The notes beneath the pieces were generated by a model, which ran no database searches, was not told the DNA's origin, and saw only the letters and a list, made by a program, of their open reading frames with translations. A DNA stretch of 64,000 bases from Dicyema japonicum (taxonomy: Eukaryota; Animalia; Dicyemida), in assembly GCA_011109175.1 (NCBI GenBank), contig RDEW01000010.1:851837-915836 (forward strand). The letters run 5' to 3'. Made by a program: the position numbers and the translations under genes. This document shows positions 1-9,306 of this stretch, piece by piece. Positions within the stretch are counted from its first letter, which is position 1, and the number at the start of each line of letters is the position of its first letter.

Positions 1-136
1 CCGCAAAATCAATAAATCGATAATCTAAACATTTATTTAATTATTAAATAATTTAATTAATTTAATTAAATATTATAATATTAATTTAACATAGTTTTTA
101 TTTTTTTAATAAAATAATTTTTTAACAAAGAAACAA

Positions 137-470
137 ATGTCAGTTCGGTTTAAGGGGATTTACTTTGATCTTTTGCGACTGGACGTAGATGCCCCCGCGA
201 ACGTAGCCATGGAGGATTACTTCATGTTGGAGGCCCCCCGTTTCAGTGGTCGCCCAAGGACGACACTGGCAGTCGTTCTCGACGAGAACCTCAAAGAAAT
301 GGGACGGCATCTTGGAAGTGGAGAGGATCTTGACTGGTTGCGCACCGCGGCTTTGAATAGGAGGAAGTGGATGAAACTAACCAGTGATTTGCTAACTCGT
401 GCTGCACATGCTTTGTCAAGTTTTATGACATAGCGATAAGTGCTTATAATAATAATAATAATAATAATAA
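137..470 (+). mobile_element. RTE-clade non-LTR retrotransposon, 3' fragment with (AAT)n tail
   Basis: ORF ...APANVAMEDYF...FSGRPRTT...W matches the C-terminus of the other RTE copies here; ends AAGTGCTT+(AAT)n at 438-470. Confidence 0.85.
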
Positions 471-471
471 T

Positions 472-1440
472 GCCAGTTGAGGAAGCCTGCTGCGTGGATT
501 GCGAACGAGTTCCCTCGGAGTATGGCTATTCCAATCTTTTGTCTTAGCCATAACCCTTCTCGTTGATCCTTTTTTTTCTGGCAAGTATTCCTCCGAGTTC
601 TCGCAAAAACTCAGCCTTTCTTGGACCAACGGCTCCCGATGATTCGGTCGCAACAGGAGTAAATCGGTAGCGGTCCCCGAGGCAATAATATTTCTTGATT
701 TTTGGGTTCTCCCTAGTCGAAGCAGCTGCTCCAGGTGTCTGAACCAATTTGAAAATATTCGTGCTTGAGAACATGTCTACACAAGTTGCGTCCCAGACCA
801 AAGATCTTCCAGACGTGAAGGGGAAAAGGGTCATCCCGTCAGGTCTCTTTCCATCTCCTCGATCAAAACCCACTGGTTCAAGCTTTGCTGGAAGCCTGTT
901 GTCTTCAGAGCTCTGACGATCATCGTTCAAAGCAGCATGACGTGGTCCTCTTCTGGCGCTTCTTCTGCAGGACAGAGGGTGCAATTCCTTCGCATCGACT
1001 GTTTTCCCGCATCGGAATCGGTGCTCCTGGCAAACGTCTACTCCCAGCCTTTGTCCGATTCCAATCCTCAAAGAATCGTCGTCCAAAAAGGTCCCGAGGT
1101 TTGGCCAAGGTATTGCACCAAGCCATGCTCCACTCCCTCCATTTGGAGCTGACACCAAACAAGCCAGACGATGTTGATTTGCTTCTTTTTTAAGGTCTTT
1201 CAAAATTTTGTGCAGACAATGTTATCCCTATTACTTTGTTTTGTTGTGTCTTCGGGGATTTTGAGTCCAGACCCGTTCCATTTCCTACAAGCTTCGGACA
1301 AGCTTCGTCAAATGACTCATTCCAGCGAAGTCCAAAAGTGTTATGAAGGACTTGCCGTGTCAAATGGCTGCAGCTTGCCGGGTACGCAACCTCCAGCGCC
1401 GATCTTAGACCGACACCCTCAAATCCAGAGGAAAGCTTAA
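472..1440 (-). mobile_element. CRE-clade non-LTR retrotransposon, 3' fragment (zinc knuckle plus restriction-like endonuclease)
   Basis: GAWLGAIP, CCHC-like RCGKTVD..HPLSC...RHAALND, LEP..G..RPDG..LVWDATC and terminal IAILRGN motifs; frameshifted. Confidence 0.85.
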
Positions 1441-2033
1441 CACCAACTGGTATGTGATCTAACTAATTATGACGCCTCTGTCTGCTGTCTACAAGAGACA
1501 AAAATGACGGTACAATGTAAGAACTGTTAGAAAATTCCACCTTTTTATCCTCCCGTCAACCTGCCAACATTATGGTCTCGGATTTGCAGTCCATCAGGAC
1601 CTGATTCACTACGTTACAAGGGTGTGGACAGCATCTGATATTATAATGGAAATGGCGGACGATCTGGACTACCTAAGATAACTAGTGCGCAACAGAAAAT
1701 CATGGTCGAAGCTAACGGAAAGGATGGTTCGGAATACAAATAAGACATAGTGCAATAGACTTATTATTATTACCCCCAGGATCACTGGGTCAAAGAGAAA
1801 GAAATAAAAGTTCTCATCTAACTAAGTGATCCAGACCGACAAAGGTGAGGACGAGTCCGGCGGGGTCGAGAATCCTGAACATCTCTTCTCATTGGACATG
1901 GCATCGGCTCAAAATTTCTGTATGATTGTAGATAATTCGATAGTACTTGGAATAGAGGACAGCTCGATAGAACAGCAATAGACTTAACTAATTTTATGTT
2001 TTCTCGGGAGTGCTTTTTAATAATAATAATAAT
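1441..2033 (+). mobile_element. Internally deleted RTE remnant (APE start joined to 3' end), interrupted by an insertion at 1764-1974
   Basis: CCLQETK APE motif near 1485; 3' end CTCGGGAGTGCTTTT(TAA)n at 2003-2033. Confidence 0.6.
1764..1974 (-). mobile_element. 5'-truncated Ingi/Vingi-like LINE 3' end
   Basis: 12-bp TSD GCAATAGACTTA (1752-1763 and 1975-1986); (TAA)n tail; near-identical to 2613-2826. Confidence 0.8.
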
Positions 2034-2876
2034 AGATATTATTAGATTTACAATAATTTGTTTTTGTGGAGCTCTGCCATGTATAAGCCACTGCCATGTA
2101 TAAGAAAATGCAGAAGATATGAGTCGACGAAAACTAATAAAAACGAATCTAAGAATAAGACTATACAACTCATATATAAAACCGGTGCTTATGTACAACT
2201 CGGGTACATGGGGGGTCACAGAGCTAGAGCTCAAGAAAATGGATGTATTTCATCGAAAGCAATTAAGCAATTTAATGGGCCTAGGTTGGCCCAAAAAGAT
2301 TTCAAATAAGAAATTATACTCTGTGGCACAATCGAGGCCAATAAGCATCGACATTATTGAATCAAGGTGGAGGCTGTTCGGGCACGTGCTCAGAATGGAC
2401 ATAAACGCCTCTGCAAATATAATAATGGACAATTACTTTAACAATGAGAACAAACCATCATTCAGAGGAAGACCCAGGATCACTTTACCCATGGCTCTGA
2501 ACAAGGATCTTAATGGGATTAGAAGAAATCTTAAATCTGCAGAAGACCTAGAAGATCTAAGGACAGATGCGCAAAGCAGAGGGCCATGGAGACGCTTAGT
2601 GAAGCATATTATTATTATTACCCCCAGGATCACTGGGTCAAAGAGAAAGAAATAAAAGCTCTCATCTAACTAAGTGATCCCAGACCGACAAAGGTGAGGA
2701 CGAGTCCGGCGGGGTCGAAAATCCTGGACAGCTCTTCTCATTGGACATGGCATCGGCTCAAAATTTTTGTATGATTGTAGATAATTCGATAGTATTTGGA
2801 ATAGAGGGCAGCTAGGTAGAACAGCCTCCTTTAATAGTTTCCGTTGTAGTTCGATTAAAAAGTTTTCCATAATGTA

Positions 2877-3064
2877 GACCCAATTCCCATAAATGATGAC
2901 CCAATTCCCATAAATGTTGACCTAATTCCCATAAATGTTGACCTAATTCCCATAAATGTTGACCTAATTCCCATAAATGTTGACCCAATTCCCATAAATG
3001 TTGACCCAATTCCCATAAATGTTGACCTAATTCCCATAAATGTTGACCCAATTCCGTAAATGAT
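2877..3064. repeat. Tandem array of nine ~21-bp units GACC(C/T)AATTCCCATAAATGTT inside the left TIR
   Basis: Direct count; about two inverted copies of the unit in the right TIR (4180-4218). Confidence 0.95.
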
Positions 3065-3118
3065 GTCCAAGTTATATATATAATACACAAGTAAATCTAT
3101 ATTTTAATTTCTCCTATT

Positions 3119-4129
3119 ATGGTATCAACTAATACAGATATGAGAAGTCGCAAGGTTTTTATGAACGAAAGTCTATTTAATCAAATTAAAAGACTTTACA
3201 AAGTTAAAACAAAAGAAGAGTTGATTGAGATCACCTCGATCAGTAAAAAGAGTTTGAACAGGTGTATACAAAAGATCGAAAGCTGTGAACTCGAGGATCC
3301 TACTTTCGGTGATCTTTACAAGACAGTAGGCCGAAAAAAGAAAGATAAAGAAATGTTGAATGTTGAAATGAGATCTATTTTTGGAAATGACAACTCGCTG
3401 ACACAAGTTGGTCTTCAAGAAAAACTTTCAGTGAATCTTTCTAAGTCTCAAATTTCAAGAGATTTAAAGGAGGCCTGCATCACAAGAAAAAGACTCAGGA
3501 AAAGATCCGAAGTTAGATTGAGTACAGAAAATTTGGCAGAAAGGGAAGTATTTTCATCAAGAATGTTGGGGTCTATAAATAGGCCGTTATTATTTTTGGA
3601 TGAAACCGGGTTTAATTTGCATACATCAATTAATTATGGGTATTCCCCAATTAATACTGAAGCAGTTTTATACCAGACTAAGTCTAAAGGGAGAAACGTC
3701 TCAATGTGTTCGGTTATTTCCATAAATGGAAATGAGCATAATATGATATTCGAGGGGTCTTTTAATCGGGAATTATTTTTAACCTTTCTAAATCAATGTG
3801 ATGAAAAGGGGATATTTACAAATTCTCCTGTTGTTGTGATGGATAATGTTAGATTTCATCATTGTGATGAAATTAAAGACTTCTTTATTAGGAAAAGTGT
3901 TACAACAGTTTATTTACCCCCTTATTCACCTGACCTGAACCCAATTGAAAACTTTTTTTCTTGTGTGAAATCTCGTCTAAATGTAATTAGACCAAAAGCA
4001 ACTGTAAGAGGAGAATTGCTAACAAATATCGAATTTGTTATGAGTGGTCTCGAAACCGAGGATTTGTCCTCATATTACAACAGTTTTTGGGAAAGGGTAA
4101 ATGGAATTAACAACAGATTAATTGAATAA
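3119..4129 (+). CDS. DD34E transposase, 336 aa
   Basis: FLDETGFN / VMDNVRFH / PPYSPDLNPIE; 34 residues counted between second D and E; no stops or frameshifts. Confidence 0.95.
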   Translation: MVSTNTDMRSRKVFMNESLFNQIKRLYKVKTKEELIEITSISKKSLNRCIQKIESCELEDPTFGDLYKTVGRKKKDKEMLNVEMRSIFGNDNSLTQVGLQEKLSVNLSKSQISRDLKEACITRKRLRKRSEVRLSTENLAEREVFSSRMLGSINRPLLFLDETGFNLHTSINYGYSPINTEAVLYQTKSKGRNVSMCSVISINGNEHNMIFEGSFNRELFLTFLNQCDEKGIFTNSPVVVMDNVRFHHCDEIKDFFIRKSVTTVYLPPYSPDLNPIENFFSCVKSRLNVIRPKATVRGELLTNIEFVMSGLETEDLSSYYNSFWERVNGINNRLIE

Positions 4130-4399
4130 AATGCTTTTTTCCTAAATTATTTATTAGTATAATATATATAGATTGGACATCATTTATGGGAATTGGGTCA
4201 CATTTATGGGATTGAGTGTATGTAGAGATTGAAGAGTTGGGGTGATAGTGAAGCAGATTGTGAAACGTGTGGCACAAACGGGACCTTAGTTAATATAACG
4301 TTCTTTGGTTCTGTGAAAGTGCTTTTTAATAATAATAATTTCGTGGAGCATGTTTGTTTCTCAGAATGAGTTAGAAACATTGCCAGAGGACCTATCTAG

Positions 4400-4940
4400 G
4401 AATGGATATGAAAGAGAAACTAACACTAACGTAGACATGGTGGTCCAAGGAGTGCTTCCAGAATAGGAAATTTGCACGATAATACAATCACGTCTTTACG
4501 GGCGAATCGGTTGACCGAGATGACAAAGCTGAATGGATCGCACAAGTAGTCGAGATTTGGAAGGATGCCTCGGGGTGGGTGGCCGAAAATCGCAGGTATC
4601 TTCAATACGCGGTTTGGTATCACCAAATCTGTGGCAAATGTGAAATTACTTCTCAAATCTGATGTAGAGAATACTACGTGTCACCAAGGAGGAAATCGGC
4701 AGAGCGCCGAAAAGTCGGAGATTGCCTGTTTCACTAAATGCTTGGAAGAGTTTTCATGCCAGAATCAAGAGATCAAGTCGATTTCCAGGGATGAACAAAA
4801 ATCAACCAGGAAAATTCCATATCGGTTTCTCAAAAAGGAAATATTATTCGGATTGAATTATGCTGTGGGATACTATATCAATAGTATGCCCCCGAATATA
4901 ATGGAAGATATTACAGATATTCTCTATGCTACACAATGAG
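4400..4940 (+). mobile_element. R4/Dong-clade element, N-terminal fragment
   Basis: ...YYINSMPPNIMEDITDILYA resembles ...EYIDSLPSSDINDITDIIYA at the start of the R4 copy near 15030. Confidence 0.55.
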
Positions 4941-4949
4941 AGAGAAAGG

Positions 4950-5383
4950 CCGCAGTTCTGTGTATAATTTTGTGATCGAAGAATTTTCAGCTTTTTGGAA
5001 AAACATGTGGAAGGTTAAGCAATATATTTTAATAAAAAAATCTAATGAACTATCGATGGATATCTTAAAATCAAGATGGAGGCTCTTTGGCCATATCCTA
5101 CCAATTGAGATAGACACTCCTACAAATATTGAAATAGAAACATACTTCACGCAATGCGGAAGAGCAATTCAATGATGGCGGAGAGCTACACTATCATCTA
5201 TTTTGAACCAGAAACTGAAAAATATCAGAAACTAAAACGCACAAGACTTTGACTACTTAAGAGAAAAAGCAAGAAACAGAGCTACTTGGAAGAGGATAAT
5301 TAACGATATTGTTATGATCGTGGCACAAGGGAAGCTTAATTAACTTTTTGACTTCTCGGGAGTGCTTAAAATAATATAATAAT
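4950..5383 (+). mobile_element. RTE 3' fragment
   Basis: SRWRLFGHIL motif; terminus CTCGGGAGTGCTT+AAT-rich tail. Confidence 0.8.
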
Positions 5384-5879
5384 CAAGATACGCTCCCAAA
5401 GTCATCTAGTCTTACGTAGATCCTTGGTGACCCTTTGGATCATTGAGCCAATATGACGGACTAGATCTTCCGATTGTGAACCAAGGATTCCTGACGTCTT
5501 CACAAAAATTAACAAAGAAAAAACTGAGCTGACGTCGATTGTAAATATACCTATTCGGGTTGTTGAAAAGTGTAAGTTTAAAAAAAGAAAGAAAAAGAAG
5601 CATGGTTTGCTTATGGGAGATACTGAGGATATTTTTGGTAGAAAATGCTGGCATCTTGTACAATGAAAAAGATGTGGAGCATTTGGATCCGTAGAGAGCA
5701 CCTCTCTCTAAATTTCCGGAGATATCTATTCGTAAAACCGACTCTACTGTACAACTAAGAAACGTGGGAACGTCGAAAGCAGATCTTGACAGACTTGACG
5801 GATCCACAGAAATCAGTTGATAAAAATAGTAGGAATCTACTGTCGAAAAACTTAAAAACATGACTCTTTACGAGTTATG

Positions 5880-6295
5880 TATTGCGTGCCGATAAACTAA
5901 GAAGTGATAAAATCTTGCTGGTGACTTTTTTGGCATATTATTCGTATGATGTGATGACATATGAGGATTTTTCAATCCTCATTGGACGGCAGAGAACTAA
6001 GCTCTCTATCTGGATCAAAATTATGCCCAAAATAAAAACAGCGGACGACTTCGAACTACGGAAACTCATTAACTCTAGAGACGCGCAATGTCTGAAAAGA
6101 TTCATTTCTCTATATCACCGAGAGACTCCCTTCCTAGTCGCGACTTCTGACTTTGACCTCAACTTCCCAGACGATGTCTTCTAGATCACTGTGTCTAGAT
6201 GAGGACCCTACTTGAACTCGTCAAGATCACGGGGTTAGTTAGTTTGGCTTACGGTTGGTCTTTGGAATAATTTTATTTCACTTATTTAAAGGTTC
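5880..6295 (+). mobile_element. Probable decayed Ingi/Vingi-like 3' end
   Basis: 3' motif GATCAC..GTTAGTTAG..TTGGTCTTTGGAATAA shared with 47890-47935; the upstream ORF is not recognisable. Confidence 0.4.
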
Positions 6296-7521
6296 CAATT
6301 TGTAGTTTAAATAATTTCTTTTCTCGCTTAATTCATTGCATGCAACATCAAAAAAACAAAATAAAAATTCCAAAGACCACTATAAAACCAAACAAACTAA
6401 TCACGTGATTCCGACACGCTGCAATAGTGACGTCATGTTTCTCTCTCAAGCCTACACAATCACATATAGGGAGTAGGGCCAGATGCTCATAGTTTCATGA
6501 GCACACCCCTTGGTTCTTATGGATTAGAGATTCAATAGAAGTTGGTGATGAATCAGTCCTAAAGAAGTACACGCTTATCCATTTTTATAGCAATTCAAAG
6601 AGCCTTTACATTTCAACAGTTTGAACATTTAAAGAGAACACAAGGAGGGTTTCTATGATTACTAGAAGCTGGGATCACTTAGTTATTTTTTAAACATCTT
6701 TCTTACTACTCACGTGGTCCCTGCATGCCTAAACAGAGACCTCAACTTGGCCCGATGTCCACAGAAGCACATATCCGCCATATAACTGGATGCTCGAAGT
6801 CACACGGGCACGTTCCTCCGTTCTTATAAATGAAGAATTCCATAGGCATTAAAGAGGGGACCCTTCCAGAAATCAATTCTCTTCCTGGTGTCATCGGATC
6901 CAGCTAACTCTGGAGACGTAATTGCCTTGCCAGAATTTGAAAAGATTCATTTCACCTGGAGACCATTTCTCCCCTTTAAAGTAATTACCCAATTGTGCAA
7001 CCCATGCGTATTGGAGGGACGGCTTCAGATAAACTTTAGAACGCAGAGTCTTTTTTCATTCTTGACAAACATGTTTATCAACTCGGCAAGGGCTAGTTTT
7101 CAGATATTAGTCAGATCACTATCCTACATTCATAAAGTTAAATTCTTTAGCATAACTTCCGACGGCCTTACTTGAACCTTCGCGTTTTTAATTTTCACTC
7201 CCGAACGGGAAAAGTAGTTAAAATCCTGGAAATCTCTCATTTCCTTGAATTTAACTAAAAGGCTCCAGACTGTTTGTCAATAAATCTGTCTAAGATTGTC
7301 GCACTGTTAGAAAAGTGGAGGAGAGCTGGAATTAAGGTATAATAAGAGATAAGAGAGAAAGGAGCTGGCTAATTGAACGCAATTCCTTTCAAATCGTCAG
7401 GGGAAATGAGCTCAATTATAAGATCATCCAGTAGTTTTTAACTTATTTTTTGCATTGAATAAATGTGTATTTATGTAAAAAAGTTAAATTACAATAAAAC
7501 ACAATATAATAAAAATAAAAC

Positions 7522-9124
7522 TCACATATCAAAACTCTCCAATCTATTTATAATAAACAATTTATACCTAGTCATCCTAACTTTACCATTAATATCTCCA
7601 ACCCCCATTAGACCAGTCGTGGGGGAAAAATCAGCCACAGTACAAACTCCCATGTCATTCAATGGGAAATTACTAAATACAGAGCGACCACCGACGTGAA
7701 TCTAAAATAACCAAATTGTCCCACCAATTTGATAGCATTCACCTTGTGACAAGACAGAATACTCAAAACAGAAGACGACCGGTCAAATACGCTATGACTG
7801 CATGAGGTTACAAGATTGGAAAAAGTGCGAATGGGAGTAGGACTAGGAATGCTGAGACAGTCTACACTCGAATACATGTTTACAATGCCAGTGCTGGACC
7901 TACAAATTAAAACCATAACCGAACCCACAGACCACATATTTGCCATCAGAAGAGACTGAGAGTGTTGTACCTCTTACACTCCCTCTGTCCACAAATTTGT
8001 GATAGCATCTATGCATTCTAATGTCCCACACCCATACAGAGTCATCATCTGCCAATTAAATAACCTCTCAACCCCCATTAAGTAGAATTTTGTCATTTCC
8101 CAAAAAGTGACTAGCAGAAATGGCTCCATTTTTTGTGTAAGTTCTGACAAATTCCCTACTCTAAAAATAATTAATCTAATATTTAAAATAATTATTAATA
8201 AAAAAAATTTCACCTTAAAATCCATCAAATGTATTTGTCCACGTGTACTGCTGTGGAAACACAAAAGTTCGTCGTTGGGACTCTCCGAAAAAGAGCGTAG
8301 AGTTCCATGCAGACCTAAATCAGCATTAGACGTTAAACCACGTGCCGGCGGTACAAAAATAGCCTTTTCTGCGCGTAGATCGTAGCAGAGAAAGGATGTA
8401 GATCTTGCCGTTGCCACGACAAAGTCGTTTCCAACAAAACGCGCATGTTTGATCGGGAATTTTTCAGCACATATTTTCGACACGAAATTCGTAGTATCTT
8501 CAGCGTCGTAGCCGAAGAATCTCAAAGATTTGTCCACAGATCCGACCAGGAACAACCGAGCACGTTCATGAAAGTGTAGAGATGTCACAGAACCCTGACA
8601 ATAAGGCAAATCTCTACATTTGGAAGATGCTTCTTAGACAAATCGGGACATTTGTGGAAGGCAAGTTCGGTGGGTCGAAACTCCTTTAATTTTCCAGAGT
8701 TGTCTCCAAACTCAGAGTTTCTTAGTAATTCGTTTTCTGGTCCATCATTGTCCCTAAGGTTGATCTTGGCCCACTGATTATCCCCATGGACTTTGAGAAA
8801 ACTTAGATATCAAAATGACAAAACTCTTTTCTGAGTCGTTCCTTGTAATCTTCGATCGTCACAGTTTCCTCCGTGTTAGAACAGTGATATTTGTTTTTAT
8901 TATCAAATACGATTCTAAAAATAATTTAAACAAAGCCACGTTTGCTCGTAGTCGTCTTCATCCATCCAGGCAGGCTCCATGACACGTTTTTCAGGAACGA
9001 CAGGCTCTTCAGCAAAGAAACCTATTTTTCCTCCGAAGATAAAATCCTCCAGTTTGCTTTCGGTGATTTTATCTTTTCCAAAAGATTTTATTGAAGGATT
9101 GGGGTAAATTACTCTATTGTTCAT
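7522..9124 (-). CDS. UTP18: U3 snoRNA-associated protein 18 (WD40), spliced, 8 introns
   Basis: LEDFIFG, AWMDEDD, VTSLHFH..., FPIKHARF, terminal GKVRMTRL; one open frame after removing GT-AG introns of 25,23,23,~53,24,25,23,25 nt. Confidence 0.85.
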
Positions 9125-9306
9125 GTCTTTTAAGCAATCACGTTAAAGTCCAACTTTAACAGGAAAACACGTGTTTTAAAATATTATTTAAATTTAATTT
9201 TATTTTAAATATTTCATAATTTAATTTTAATTTTTTTAGTTATGCTGGTTTCTGTCAATCGAATAAAAACTGTTTCACTCGACCAATCTACGAATGAAAA
9301 TGTTAG

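Larger units (their letters stand above)
2877..4218 (+). mobile_element. Tc1/mariner-IS630 superfamily DNA transposon (Gambol-like), apparently intact
   Basis: TA at 2875-2876 and 4219-4220; inverted terminal sequences 2877-3086 vs 4157-4218; single intact ORF. Confidence 0.9.
2613..4245 (-). mobile_element. Ingi/Vingi-like 3' fragment carrying a nested Tc1-like element
   Basis: TSD TAGTGAAGCA at 2597-2606 and 4246-4255; ORF ends ...CRSGIT* like other family members. Confidence 0.7.
2090..4338 (+). mobile_element. RTE 3' fragment (2090-2612, resuming 4246-4338) split by nested insertions
   Basis: ORF 2119-2655 with YNSGTWG, SRWRLFGHVLR, FRGRPR; coding resumes after the TSD as ..KQIVKRVAQTGP*; tail GTGAAAGTGCTTTT(TAA)n. 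Confidence 0.85.

Noticed and set aside
2877-3064. CRISPR array
   Set aside because: Units are contiguous with no unique spacers, there are no cas genes, and the unit is mirrored in the transposon's other TIR
2812-3090. Repeat proteins ELGQHLW / GSTFMGI from the ORF track
   Set aside because: By-products of a 21-bp (3n) tandem repeat read on the reverse strand
3119-4129. Bacterial IS630 or contamination
   Set aside because: Nested with TSDs inside eukaryotic LINEs, among intron-containing genes; eukaryotic DD34E relatives are known
6700-7350. Host gene or defined TE on the minus strand
   Set aside because: Only a weak LINE-like peptide (KVYLKPSLQYAW); not enough to call
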